A DNA stretch of 64,000 nucleotides from the NCBI RefSeq assembly GCF_009914755.1, contig NC_060939.1. One strand, given 5' to 3'. A program made the position numbers and the translations under genes. Under the pieces are notes generated by a model that saw nothing but the letters and a program-made list of their open reading frames with translations, ran no database searches and had not been told where the DNA came from. The stretch comes from the human T2T-CHM13v2.0 reference genome, Homo sapiens. This document shows, in pieces, positions 1 through 14,240 of this stretch (positions are counted from its first letter, which is position 1; each line of letters starts with the position of its first letter).

Positions 1-164
1 TGATATGTGTAATTAAAAATTAAATATATGGTCAGAGCCAGAAGCTTCTCAACTGTCATTAAGTGCAAATTCAAATATACCTTTTAGAGGTATCAGGGGC
101 CTACCATTTAATTAGAGTAAATACTCAACTGTAAGCTTTTGAATAACAGAGAATACATCCAACA

Positions 165-228
165 TATTTTTGTACCCCAACCAGCTAGTATAGTACCTAG
201 TACCCAATAAGTGCTCAATAAATGTGTT
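165..228 (+). mobile_element. L2 3' end fragment
   Basis: 'agtatagtacctagtacccaataagtgctcaataaatgtgtt' resembles the L2 3' terminus. Confidence 0.55.
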
Positions 229-233
229 ATGCT

Positions 234-546
234 GGCCGGATGCGGTGGCTCACACTTGTAATCTCAGCACTTTGGAAGGCCAAAGCAGGTGGATCACCTG
301 AGGTTGGGAGTTCGAGACCAGCCTGACCAACATGGAGAAATCCCATCTCTACTAAAAATACAAAATTAGCCAGGCATGGTGGCACATGCCTGTAATCCCA
401 GCTACTCAGGAGGCTGAGGCAGGAGAACGGTTTGAACCCAGGAGGTGGAGTTTGTGGTGAGCCAAGATTGCGCCATTGCACCCCAGCCTGTGCAACAAGA
501 GCACAACTCTGTCAAAAAAAAAAAAAAAAAAAAAAAAGAAAAAAAA
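234..546 (+). mobile_element. Full-length Alu (AluSp-like)
   Basis: GGCCGG start, two arms, polyA; Sp-like 'gcctgaccaacatggagaaa' and 'gcaacaagagc'. Confidence 0.92.
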
Positions 547-549
547 TGT

Positions 550-990
550 TATGTTAACATTTTTCTGGAGGACAATTTACATCAAATTTTAAAATGCTTA
601 TTCAATTCATCCCCCAAAATTCAAGTTTAGAAATTTATTAGAAGAAAATAATTGGAAATGTCCACAAGAAAATAATTGGAAATATATAGGATGTTTATGT
701 AGATAATAGCAAAAATTGTTAATAATGAAAATATCCAAAAAGAGTCAAATACATTACAGTATATTCCATAATAAAATACTGTTCAACTATAAAAATCTAT
801 GTTTTCATTTAAAGAACATTTACTTGTAAGGAAAAATAAAACATTATGTGGGAGAAAAGGCGGTTCAAAGACTAGAAGCCTTTAAATACATACATAATAC
901 ATGTGTGCACTTATATTCACATATATGTGCATACAGATAGAAATGAGACAGGAAATATTACCTGTTGTGAAGAAAATACATATGTTTCTT
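550..990 (+). mobile_element. Ancient L1M (L1ME-like) 3' fragment
   Basis: A-rich degenerate L1 3' motifs ('ttttctggaggacaattt', 'aaatactgttcaactataaaaa'); internal 18-bp duplication aagaaaataattggaaat. Confidence 0.45.
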
Positions 991-1699
991 GCAAGCCCCT
1001 GCTGGCTTGTAAAGACAGGGGATGCTAGGATGGCCCTTTGTTTACTGAATGGGGTGATACTTGTGAGAATGAGATGAGAGGATGGGAGACAAGACCAGCT
1101 CTATGCTGCAAAACTAAGGAGTTGATGCAGTTGGTGTTTAATAGGAAGTAGATGCATGGCAAAGAACAGAAGTCTAATAGAGATTTTCTACGGTTTTGCT
1201 GTGTAGTATGTATTGTATTTCTTCTCCTTTGTCTCCTTCTGAAAACGTCAGCAAAATTTTCATTTTTCTCTTGTACTTGTAAAGATAGATTTGTTTTGAG
1301 GAGGGGTGAGCTGACTTGCATTCAGGGGCAAAAAGCAAGGCTCTCTCTGGGACCCAATCCCTTCTAATGATCTAACGAAAGAATATGCATGAAAATATTA
1401 AACATTCATTAGCTTAAATAGAGAGAGAAGGTGACTGTCATTTCTCTGTTTGTACTGTAATAGATTTTTCCAAATTTCTGCCATGAATATACATTACTAT
1501 ACTCTGAAAAAAAGTGATTAAAAAAATAAATTGATGTCAAATGAATAAGTGAATAAACTCATTAATTAATTAAAAATGGCATTGTAGAGAAAAACAATGT
1601 ATATCCTCACATAGTAATTGCACTAATTTACACTAAATGTAAGAAAATCAGAGCCTTCCTTCAGTTTTGGTTGCTCCTTGAAATAAGACAGTTGGTTTT

Positions 1700-1702
<3 letters not shown>

Positions 1703-1748
<46 letters not shown>
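1703..1748. repeat. (CA)n microsatellite
   Basis: Perfect AC dinucleotide run. Confidence 0.98.
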
Positions 1749-1752
<4 letters not shown>

Positions 1753-1810
1753 CCAGTGGGTTCCACAATGCCTAATTAATTAAAAGATGTATTTGCCTAC
1801 TTTGCTTACT

Positions 1811-2090
1811 TGCCCAGGCTGGCACACGATCATGGCTCACTGCAGCCTTGACCTCCTAGGCCCAAGCGATCCTCCCACGTCAGCCTCCCAAGTGGCTGGA
1901 ACTACAAGTGTGTGCCACCATGCCCAGATAAGTTTTTTAACTTTCTTTTTTCTTTCTTTCTTTTGTAGAGACAGGGATCTTATCATGTTGCCCAGGCTGT
2001 GGACTGATCTTGAACTCCTGGACTCAAGAGATCCTCCCATCTCAGCCTCCCAAAGTGCTGGGATTATAGGCATAAGCCACCATGCCTGCC
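1811..2090 (-). mobile_element. AluJ-like, 3'-truncated, no polyA tail
   Basis: Antisense Alu body with J-type features; no T tract; flanked by an imperfect 16-bp direct repeat. Confidence 0.85.
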
Positions 2091-2349
2091 CTACTTTACT
2101 TTCTTGAAAAAAATGTGATATCTTGTCCTTTTAAATCAATACTTTAGTAAACAATTTTAATATATATTTCTTATGGCCAAAGTGAAATAGGCATTGAAAG
2201 TAATTTTTAAAATTCTGTTTTTATCTATTTTCCATTAAAAAAGGCAATATAAAAATACAAAAATATGCATTTAAGCAAATAATGAATGTAGCTGTGTTGA
2301 CATTAGTGTTCTCTCAGTTACTACTCCCACTGATTAAGGGCACTGATAC

Positions 2350-2478
2350 TAGCCAGACAACTGAGGCTTAAAATATGGTTCCACCACCAATTGGCTTTGA
2401 GCTCTTAGGGCAGTCACTTAACTTTTCAATTTTCTCATTTGTAAAATGGGGATAGGACTATTTCCCATCTCAGAGTTA
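2350..2478 (+). mobile_element. MIR fragment
   Basis: MIR core 'gggcagtcacttaac...ctcatttgtaaaatgggata'. Confidence 0.7.
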
Positions 2479-3522
2479 AAATAATAATAACATTTTGTAG
2501 TATTTACAGATGTGTCTCGATGATTGCCTTATATTTGGGCATTGTCACATTACTCATGCCTGTGTTTACATTTGTGTTAGTGCCAGCAAGCACCTAAACA
2601 TTCTTTCTCCTTTGCCTCCCTCTGGAAGCTTCAGCAAACTTTTCACTTTGTTTTAGTTAAGGTATTCATTTGGTGCCAACATATGTAAACGCAGGCACTA
2701 AATATAGCAGCCATCCTCCCTGTGTTCACTATTCTTGCCCTCAGATTCTCTTGTCAGTTATAAAAAAAAACTCTGCTTTTTAGTAAAAAAAAAAAAATTA
2801 TCTTTTAATAGTTTAATAGAATGTGACTTTAGTTCCCTGACTTAATCAATTGAGATTATGATTGACATCAGGAAATAATATTGCAGTGAGTAATGTACTA
2901 CTTTAACTGTCTTACATGATCAGAAATAGAGCTTAGGTGTACTTAATACATAAACAATGCCCTTGTCCCAAGTACAGGCCAAATGTTAAGATGACATGCT
3001 GAGCAAAAGGTTTTACAATAGTTCACATAGAGAGAAATAGTGGAAGAAATGAGTCATTTCATGACATATTGTAGCTTAGCTATACCAACCAGAAAAGAAG
3101 TCACACTATAGGAGTCAGCACTTACTTGGTAAGGAGAATTATCATGAGACCTATTTTTGTAAGTATTAATTAGCAGTAGCTCATTAGCAGTGTGTAGAAG
3201 TAAATGTATAATATACCTTTGTTTAATGATATTTCTTTATTAATCAATGTTGTAAAGAAGATTAGTAAAATGATTGTCTTTCTAAATAAAGATGTATGTA
3301 ATTACTAAAAATAATTACAGCATGTGTCACAATAAAGTAATACTTTTAATTATAGTTGTATTGGTTTTGTAGGTTTGTTTTTATTTAGTCTTTACATTTG
3401 TTTTGGTTGTATAGTTGTATAAAACCTATAGATAAAGGAATTCATGGCTAATTTTACAGTTTTACATGTATAAGTATAATAACATAAGAAAATAATGCTG
3501 ATCAAAACTGGACAACTCTAAG

Positions 3523-3524
<2 letters not shown>

Positions 3525-3562
<38 letters not shown>
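3525..3562. repeat. Poly(T)38 tract
   Basis: Pure mononucleotide run. Confidence 0.95.
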
Positions 3563-3569
<7 letters not shown>

Positions 3570-6500
3570 AGGCCAAAAACCCTGAGAAATGCTATACTAG
3601 AGTAAACTGCTTTCTTTGCAGAGTGTTTCAGACTATATTATTACCAAAAGTAATGTGCAATTCTGGCTGAAAATTTAATACGTTTAGTTTCTATTGAAGA
3701 ACTGGGATAGGTTTGTGAGCTTAATTATTATTGACAAGGGTGATGATGATAATGGTGAGGATTATTCTGCAAATCTAAAGGTGATGTTCCTACTCCCCAT
3801 CGATAGCATGTACACTTTTCATACTTACCCACCGACAAAATTTTCATCCAGCTATGATATATAACATGCCTTTGCAAATTTTCATTACAAAATGAACAAT
3901 ACTTATCTGATTATTTTAGAAAGTTGAAGTGAGGAACAAAGGAATGTATGACAATTGTTAAAGAGCAAACTTCTATGGCTATACAAATGATATTATTTCA
4001 TTGTGAATAATCTCAGATAATAAATAATCTCATCTGCTCTTTCAGTTTTGTTTTTGTGTAGGTGATCAGGTATAGGTTACAAGAAATTGGGTATAGGAAG
4101 CTCATTATTTCTTGGCTATAATAATATAATGTTGCTGAAACATGCTTGTTTTTAGAGGCTGCATATCACTAGAACTTTGGCACCATTCAGAGGATCAATG
4201 AAGCCTTCAAAGCAAAAAATACTATTTCCCTTCTTTGATAAATATAAAGCATATTGGTATAGATGGCACAATGCAAAACAAAGACTACAACTCCTGGAGC
4301 TGTAGCCCACATTACAGAAAGAACTGAAACTGAGAACTCTAGCTTTACCACCTGAGCTTCTGCCCTTGAATTGATATTAAGTAACCATATCACTCATAGC
4401 CTTTAATCTCCCTTGCTGATACCTTTTAATTTTTAAACAGCTCTACTTTACAAATCATATCCTCTTTCATGTGTTCTCTCAGCTAAAAAATTAATTTTGC
4501 AAGCAAAGTATCTAAACAGTAAGCATAGTAAGAATGAAACAGGTTAAAGCTCATTAGCAGCAGGGAGCAGATGTAGTAAAACTCTGCCAGTTCCCCTACA
4601 TTTCCTTCTCAGCAGGGACTGGGCACCAAGCTGTGAGTTAGTTCTACAGCACAATGCTTGGCTGCTGTTTCAGCAATTGCGCCTCTACTGCTTCAAGTAT
4701 AATACTAAGAATTCACTTTGATTTTTGATGTTTCTTTACAATAATAGTGTCTAAAAGGACCCTGCAGAGCTAAACGGTAACACTAAGCTCCAAGTGCCAG
4801 CTAATCAGAAAACTATAAAAATGTAATTGATAAGAAAATAATTACAGATTATAAAGTCAGTGTATCTTTAAAAATATTAACTTCTTGACAAACAGAGGCT
4901 TCAAGTCTGGATGAACTCAGTAACTGCTCAAGTTAAACTTCCTTCATATGTCATGTAATATCTAACATTCAGTAGCATGATTGTTACACAACAGATAAAA
5001 GATACTGTGTAAGGATCAAAGTGATACACTTATTATGATGTTAAAATAAAAGCAAATGAATTCTGTTATAAAAAACATAATTTCAAATTATTAGGCTAGG
5101 ATTTCTTCCTTCATATACAATGTTAAAATAGAACCATCTTTGGGAAGACAGAATTTCAATCAAGTTAAGATGCCTATATATGTCAATATTAGCAAGGCTT
5201 TATTAAAATGTTCTTTTCTAAACATTAAAATCCTTTTCTAGGGCTAAAAGTAGTACTTAGATGTTAGAAAACACTGTTAGAGAGATGATCATCAGTATGA
5301 ATTCACCTGCTAGACCGTATGTCCACGACAGATTTCTAGGACATAATTTATTCAGAAAAATGAACATGGACTATAAAATCCAATTCATGGAGTTTCCAAC
5401 AAATCAGACTGCAACAGATGTAAATGTAACAATCAATAAATTTATCTGCTTATTCTTAAAACTCTGTAAATTACTTTCAAAGCTGATGCTATATGTTTGT
5501 TTACTGTGTTTCTGTAGATTCAGTTTTGCGATGGTTTCATTCAGCCAAGTCTGATAGACAGGATGCTTTTAGAAGAATGACATTAACAGTGTTCCAAGAA
5601 AGCTACTCTAAATCCTTCAAAGAAAGAAAAAGAAACTCCTTAGAAGTGCAATTACTGGGAGACTGGGAATGCATATTCTGAGCATTCTGAGCTTCTAAAA
5701 TAAACTCATAATCCTCCCACTGAAAAGTAATAGGATTGGCCTCAAAGCCTGTAGCAGAGCTAAACCTCCAAGTAGGGGTTAACTCTCCCATTTCATGAAA
5801 ATTCAAATGGCAAGGTCAAAAGGATCATTATACAGTGAAGACGTTGACCTAAAAAAAAAAAGTTGGCCTATATACTAAGGTTGATTGATTGCTTTGAATT
5901 CCTTGATCCATTTTCCATTGTAAAAAGAGGAAAACTGGGTTTCCTGACATGTCTCCTCTGAAGCAAACATTTTTGTTTATCTTCAGATGCAACTAGGTTC
6001 CAAGGGTTTATACTAATTAGAGCATGCCCTTAGAAGCCTGGGTTAATTTTTCAAACTCAGTAGGTTATATGTTACATTGGAAGTCATGGTAATAATCACC
6101 TAGGACTTGTTGTGTGTCCTTAAGTATACACAAGTCAGTGGGTCATTTTGTAGGGTCAGCATTTTACCACGCAATTTCAATGGTTCTAAAGACAACTGAA
6201 CTTCCTTAGCAACCTCTAGCAGAGGTTTTAAAGATTTTCCCAAAGTTTTCCATTGGAACTATGGCACTGAAAACTTCCTGTGAATTCTGCTTTTAGGTTT
6301 AATTAGAAATTGACTAGGAAGAATAGACTTGAATTGAAAGTGAAGATATATATGTAGAAAAATTGACAAAAAATACAGCTCCAATGTGGGAAAAAAAAAA
6401 CTCAATCCACAACAAATGACTTAAAAAAATAGTGCTCTCTAGTATTTTATAGGTACATAAAACATGGACAACCACTGACATTATATCTACCTTTTGGAAT

Positions 6501-6977
6501 AATTTCATCTGGGTTGCCTGCCATCCCAACTGCGTATCAAGTGACAAGAAAAGAGTAATAACTACAAAGTCCTTGAAAACAGCCAGACCACCAGGATTGA
6601 AGGGGTAGTCATCAAAACACAATTTTGCTAACTGATCAGGTATGAGGAAGAGACAATAGCAGGATACTCAACAAGCTGGAGTATAGTGTTCTGAAATGTG
6701 ACATTTCCAAATAGGGAGGACAGAGAAGTGCTTTAGATTACTATTGAAGCAGACCCTACAGCAATATAGAATTAACTGTAGATGACTATGACATTAAGTG
6801 ACAGAACAGCCTGGTATGTAGCTACAAGGAACAGAGTTGTTGTTTTTCAGTAATTTCAGGCTGATTACTGTCTGGAAGGTAGAGTTGCAAATAGCAGTGG
6901 ACCTTTCAGATAGTAGCTGCTACCAAATAAATGACAATTTTCACACGAAAATTTTCGAGCGTAGAAGGTATTAGAAA

Positions 6978-7450
6978 TCATAGAATTATAGACTGGACAA
7001 AGTCATAAACATCATCTGTCCAATCCACTCTTTTTTTTTTTTTTTTTTTTTTTGATACGGAGTCTGTCTCCCAGGCTGGAGTACAGTGGCGTGATCTCAG
7101 CTCATCGGCTCACTGCAAGCTCTGCCTCCCGGGTTCACGCCATTCTCCTGCCTCAGCCTCCCAAGTAGCTGGGACTACGGGCGCCCGCCACCACGCCCGG
7201 CTAATTTTTTTTGTGTTTTTAGTAGAGATGGGGCTTCACCGTGTTAGCCAGGATGGTCTCGATCTCCTGACCTCGTGATCCGCTTGCCTCGGCCTCCCAA
7301 AATGCTGGGATTACAGGTGTGAGCCACTGCGCCCGGCCCCCAGTCCACTCATTTTATACAAAGGAAACAAAGTTTCAGAAATGTGTATCTTGCTCACCAG
7401 TCGGAAGCAGAGTTTGCCTTTGAACCATGTCTCTGGATCTTTCCTAGCCA
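6978..7450 (-). mobile_element. MIR3-like element split by AluY
   Basis: 'catagaattataga...tccaatccactc' joins 'attttatacaaaggaaac...tttgaacc' across the Alu. Confidence 0.55.
7031..7337 (-). mobile_element. AluY
   Basis: AluY diagnostics (gcaagctc, gttcacgccattctc, ttagccaggatggtctcgatc); T tail; TSD cca(a/g)tccactc. Confidence 0.95.
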
Positions 7451-8089
7451 TATACCCTACTATAACATATTTTAGGAGCATCATCTTTAAAATACAGTTG
7501 CAACCTCCTAAATTGGAAGAAAGCCTGTAGCAACTCCTTTATATCTTCAAAGAAAACCTGGGGAGGGGGCAGTACATAAGGTGTGAAATCTATGAACTCA
7601 AAACCTTTAAGTGATTATTAAATATAGGATCCTGATGATATCTTTAAATTTCTAATCCAGTTCTATGATTTTTAGTCCAGCACAAAAACCTACTGTGAAC
7701 TTGAAGGGAATTCAGAGGTCATCTCCTTCAACCCTTTTGTTTTAAGGTGTAAGAGGGCTCTTAACTCATTTCCACATAAGTACCCCTCAGCTCCTGCTCT
7801 CTCTGTAAACACGTTCACTGATACTCACAGCAGGATGAATGATTTAGGCTGCTAGCTCTTCTCTGGAATTTCCACCACCCTGCTTCTACCAGCTGAGTTA
7901 TGAATTTACAGATCACCATTGTCTTTATTCCAAACATGAATATGCTAGCTGCAGTTGTTATGTATTTTCTATTAAGTATTACACAAGCCTATGGAATATG
8001 AATGTGAAACAAAATCAATTTGTTTCTGTAAAATCCAAGTTCAGTATTTTGGACAGGCTTTACAAAAGTGAATTGTTTTTAAAAACATT

Positions 8090-8212
8090 CTGACCATGTT
8101 GGCAAGGATGTGGAGAAACTGGGGCCCCTTTTCCTTTGGTGGAAATGCAAAATGGTGCAGCCCTATAGAAAACAATATGAAGATTCCTCAAAAAATTAAA
8201 AATAGAAATAAA
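8090..8212 (+). mobile_element. L1M ORF2 3' fragment
   Basis: 'tgttggcaaggatgtggagaaactgg...attcctcaaaaaattaaaaatagaa'. Confidence 0.75.
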
Positions 8213-9008
8213 AGATAATTTTGGCTTAAAAATGTAAAGAATAGTATGATGATTTAATCACTTCTATTACAATCAAGCTGTTCATTCAGTTCAATAAGTA
8301 TTTCTTTGGGCCTGCTTTGTGTTAGGCACCATGACAGGCATCTTATTACATAATGTGGAAGGAACATGAAATTTGAAGTAAGACCTGGGCTCAAAGTCTG
8401 GCTCTGCTTTTAATATCTACCTCATTAAGTTGCCTAGAAGATTTAATACTAGGCTACCTGACCCATGGTAGGTGCTCAATAAATATCAGTTTCCCAGAAT
8501 ATATAATCACATTGAATCATCATGACAACTGACAAGTGGGCATGATTATCCTCATTTTATAATCATATACCTAATAATTTGGGAACTGATACATAAACCT
8601 AGTCTAAAGCCTGTGCTCTTTCCACTACAGGATACTATCTCATGATGGTATAATTTTTAGTAGGATTCTATTCTGAATGATTTAGCCAGGTTGAGTTGCA
8701 AATGTACCAGTAATAGCTGAATGGATTAATATAACTACTCAAAATGAACTGAACAGATTTTTTTTAGTGGTAATTGTTTATACGTTGGGGAATACTTGCC
8801 AAATACAATTGTTTAAACTTTACTAGTGTTTATGCCCAGCTGCTTTTTTTGTCCAGTTGCTCAAGGAGCTGCTTTTATTATGATGATTTTTGATTTAGTA
8901 TATTTTATAATATAAGGACCAGTCATGCCAAGTAATTGAATTACAAGTTTAAAAGAAGGGAATGGCAAGGGCACAGTCCTAATTTTTACCAATTAGAATT
9001 AGAATTCA

Positions 9009-10192
<1,184 letters not shown>

Positions 10193-11316
10193 TTCATGAT
10201 TTCTGTTCACCCTGATTTTAGAAGAACTATTGCCCTGGTATTTGAAGCATTAAAAGCCTGATGAAAATAGCAAAGTACTATTGTTATTAGTGTCATTATT
10301 TCGAGTTTGAAGACCATCATCATGGCTGTAAAAGATAGAAGCTGAATAGGAAGTGAACGGTGATGCTCTTTCTTTTAACTTCAGAGTATGTTTCCTAAGC
10401 AACGAGATGATCACTTCTTTGTTCTAATTCTTACTTCAAAAGTTGCATTTAATGACTTGACATTATTAAATAGCTTTATGCTACAAGTGAGTTTTTCTAT
10501 CACCATTCTCATGTTTGTACCACAAAGGTATGTCTCTTGGTGTCCTTTACCCTATTTTTCTCACATTCCTTTAGCTTCTGGAAGATAAAATTATCCAATT
10601 TAAAGCAAACCAAATAGGTAACTTGTCAGATTATTTGCTTTTAAGTTCTTAGGCTTCCATTACATGCTTTCTGCCTTGCCTCAATCTCTCTACCCTTTCT
10701 CCTGCTACATTTTTCCAATGCAAACTCCATACCAGAGAGTCCTCCTCAAATATAATCCACCTTCACCTTTTATTTTTGCCTTGTAAAATCCATTATATGA
10801 TTTAAGACCCTGGAAAATCCAAACCTGGAATTATCATCTAAACCTGAAATTCTCTCTCCCTGTTTTCACTTCTCCATTGCATTTATTAGGCATTGGTTAT
10901 AATTTACACTACATTATGTTTGCAAATTCTTTGAAGGCACCTTTGTAATTGTAGGGAAGTTCAAACTTTCCCTCTGAATGTTAGAGTCTAAGTCTTCTGA
11001 AATAAATTGGCTATAGACAGATTAATGAAAGAAAAGCCACGACAAATTTATTCATGTTTTGCAGGAGCCATACAAAATATAAAAAAAGAAGGGGCGGATG
11101 GTTGAGACTTAAATATCCTTTTTACCGGGGGCTGCAGGCAATTTTAGAGGAGTAGGAGTAGTAAATGATTTCCAGGGGAAATGAATGGACTTAGGAAGCA
11201 GACATTGTCTTGTAAATGATTCTCTGGAATTTGAAGAAACCCAAGAGACAGACAACATCTTGTAACAAAGTTTGTCCAGGTGTGGTTACATTTCTGTCTT
11301 CTTTTCTGTAATAGAT

Positions 11317-11481
11317 AATAAAATTTCAGGGAAGATACGGAAGGCAATTATGTTCCCTTTGGCAGTGCTGGAATAAAATTTCAGGGAGGATATGGAAGGC
11401 AATTGTGTTTCCTTTGGCAGTACTGGAATAAAATTTCAGGGGGGATATGGAAGGCAACTGTGCTCCCTTTGGCAGTTCTGG
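11317..11481. repeat. 3 x 55-bp tandem repeat inside LTR
   Basis: Units start at 11317, 11372 and 11427: aataaaatttcaggg...ctttggcagt.ctgg. Confidence 0.95.
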
Positions 11482-11506
11482 TCTTAAGGCAGATAAGGGA
11501 AGATTA

Positions 11507-12214
11507 TGTAACTGTCCAGTGGGTTCTCCTTGCCCGCTGCCTAGACAGAGCCGATTTATCAAGACAGAGGACTTGCAATAGCAAAGGAGTTTAATTCACG
11601 CAGAGCCAGCTCTTCGGAAGACCGGAGTTTTATTATTACTCAAATCAGTCTCCCCAGGGGTTTTTAAGGATAAGTTGGTGGGTAGGGGTCTGAAAGTGGG
11701 GAGTGTTGATTGGTTGGGTCAGAGATGAGATCATAGGGAGCTGAAGTGGGTTATTCTTGATGACTCCTGTTACTAAGTGGGATTGCCGAACTGGCTGAGG
11801 CAGATTGCTGGTCCAGGTGGTGTCTGCTGGTGCATTGGAACGCAGGGTCTTCAAAGTGATCTTAAGTTCTACAACAGTGATGTTATCCCCAAGAGCAGTT
11901 TAGGGTGTTTCAGAATCTTGCAGCCTCTGGCTGCATGACTCCTTAACCATAACTTCCAGTCTTGTAGCTAAATTGTTGCTACTACAAAGGCAGACTGATC
12001 CCCAGGCAAGAAGGGGGTTTATTTTGGGCAAAGACAGTTATCATCTTAGTTTCAAAGTTAAACTGTAAACTAAATTCCTCCCAAAGTTAGTTCGGCTTTT
12101 GCCCAGGAATGAACAAGGACAACTTGGAGGATAGAAACAAGATGGAGTCAGTTAGGTCAGATCTCTTTCACTGTAATTATTTTCTTGGTTATCATTTTTG
12201 CAAAGGTGTTTTCA
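11507..12214 (-). mobile_element. LTR8/LTR8A solo LTR
   Basis: Minus-strand 5' end tgaaaacacctttgcaaaaatgata...gactccatcttgtttcta...; 708 bp; TSD atta/atca. Confidence 0.85.
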
Positions 12215-12754
12215 ATCAGACTAAAATTTCACCTTGCAGTGGGGTGTGGGGAGAGACAAGACAGGTCAGAAAGGTTTTGATTCTGAGGTAGCTTCTGAGG
12301 CCTTCCTATTTAAGGAAGTGCTCAGCATGCCAAATTGCCATACCTTTAGGGTATCATTTTCTAAACCCCAACAATCTTTCTTTTAATAGTTTGTTCTAAA
12401 TTTTGATGAATTTCAAGATGTACCATCAATCATTGTTTAATGAAGCAAACAACAAACAGAAATATAGATTCAATGTAACATGCCACATTTCATTGTGTGT
12501 CAAAGGCATTTTACATCAAACTGACACATACTTCGAGGTATATCCCTCTTGTCATAAAATCAACTAAGCCCTCCCTGAGACAATAGTCTTATCTTTCTGT
12601 TCTTATCTGTTCTGCTTTCATGACCATGTCCTTTAAGTAGCATCTTCGGAAAGAAGAATGAAGCATCATTCTACTCAAATGGTGATTCAAGCAACCATCA
12701 TTTTTGGAGACCTTCTCTGTTTCAGATATCATGCTTGTCATTTGAAAAGCCTAT

Positions 12755-12885
12755 GAACATCTCCATTTCACAAATGATATAATCAAAGACTAGCATGCTT
12801 AAGTAACTTGCTCAGGATGACTAAGAGGCAGAACAGGGATACGAACCAAAGTTTATCTCAAGTCAAAGTCTGCACCTTTCCCCTA
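12755..12885 (-). mobile_element. MIR fragment
   Basis: 'ccatttcacaaatga...aagtaacttgctcagg...ggcagaacagggatacgaacc'. Confidence 0.65.
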
Positions 12886-12912
12886 TGAAGCCCTTCCTGA
12901 CACTCTCCCCAC

Positions 12913-13371
12913 TGCTGAGATTAAAACCAATGCAATTGTCCAATAAAAATGATAGTTACTGTTTTTTGAATAGACATAGAAGTTGACTCTCCCAATCCTA
13001 AAACTTGAAACTTATATTTGTCTTGTCTGAGTTCCTTCCTGAGAAAAACAACCCTCAGACAATTGACTGAAACTCACCAGATCACCACATTCAGACAATC
13101 TCAGTAATGAGATACCAGAGTCCTCATTTATCATGATTGCTTCCTTACCTCTCCCTAATTCCTTCCTACATGTAGCTATGTCTCTACTCCTACTACATAA
13201 ACCTCCCAATTTTATTCGGTTGAGAGTCAGATTTGAGACTTAACTCCTGTGCTCCTCAACTGCAGCACCTGAATAAAGCCTTCTTCCCTGGCAATACTTG
13301 TTGTCTCAGTGATTGGCTTTCTGTGCAGCAAGCAACAGGACCTAGACCAAACCCTTGGCATTTCAGTAACA
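12913..13371 (+). mobile_element. ERVL-class solo LTR (LTR47-like)
   Basis: TG...CA ends; AATAAA followed by 'gccttcttccctggcaatacttgttgtctcagtgattggctttctgtgc...gtaaca'; subfamily from recall. Confidence 0.65.
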
Positions 13372-13484
13372 CGATGGTTGTGATCTCTGATAAAGCTGGT
13401 AGGAATCATTTACATAATTGATGTATGCCCTGACTTATTCCAGAAAGTATTTAAGACAGGGTTAAACATGATCATGTTTTTTAT

Positions 13485-13690
13485 TGTAGTGCAAAATAAT
13501 GGGTTTGTATAGTTTCACTTTAAATCCTAGGACTCCTACTTGACAGCTCTGAGAAACCTGTTTTCTCAGTAATAGAAGGGAATAATAGTACCTAACTCCT
13601 AGTGCTGTTATGAAAACGATAGAAAGCAACACGTAAAGTTCCTGGCACTGTAGCTGGTACAAAGTAGAGAGCACAAATATTAGTTCTTCC
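13485..13690 (+). mobile_element. MIR
   Basis: 'taatagtacctaactcctagtgctgttatgaa...cacgtaaagttcctggcac'. Confidence 0.65.
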
Positions 13691-14097
13691 TTTATTCTAC
13701 CTTATCCTTTGACCCTAACTTGCCTTTTTGTAGGTGGTAGTCCAGCTTGAAGGCAGAATAGCTCTATTTTTCCCCCATTTAAAGTTACATTAATGTTTAC
13801 TCATCATTTCCTTCATGTGTGAACAATGCTCTAAGCTTTAGGAAAGGCCTTCAGTAACCACATCCTTCTTGCTTCACAGGATGGAGCCATATAATTTGGG
13901 ATTAAGCTTGAGTATTAATCCAAGTTATTTGGAATCAATAATTTGGGATTAAGCTTGAGCACTGATCTTTATAGGATTCTTTGCTACTTCACGGTGTAAA
14001 ATAAGATATAGGTAATGAATCAATATTATTTGGTGAGAATATTGAATTTGAAAATTTATAGTAACACCATACAATTTGTATGCATCTATAACATCAA

Positions 14098-14240
14098 CAA
14101 CATTCATTTATTTATTTCTACTACATTTATTGAGCCCTCACTATTTGCCAGGGCATCATGCCAAGAACCTATGTGATGATAAGGAATGAACATAAGGCAG
14201 ACAAGGTTGTTGCTTTCTAGAAACTGCCAATCTTGGAAGG
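14098..14240 (-). mobile_element. L2 3' fragment
   Basis: 'cattcatttattt...atttattgagccctcactatttgccagggca'. Confidence 0.6.

Larger units (their letters stand above)
10950..12373 (-). mobile_element. ERV1 MER4-group solo LTR (MER31/MER67-like), interrupted by LTR8
   Basis: Minus-strand start tgttggggtttagaaaatgatacc...ggcatgctgagcac; other end tgtagggaag; pieces 10950-11506 and 12215-12373. Confidence 0.7.

Noticed and set aside
11317-11481. CRISPR-like array (also considered 60908-61262)
   Set aside because: Head-to-tail repeats with no unique spacers, inside ERV sequence in a primate genome.
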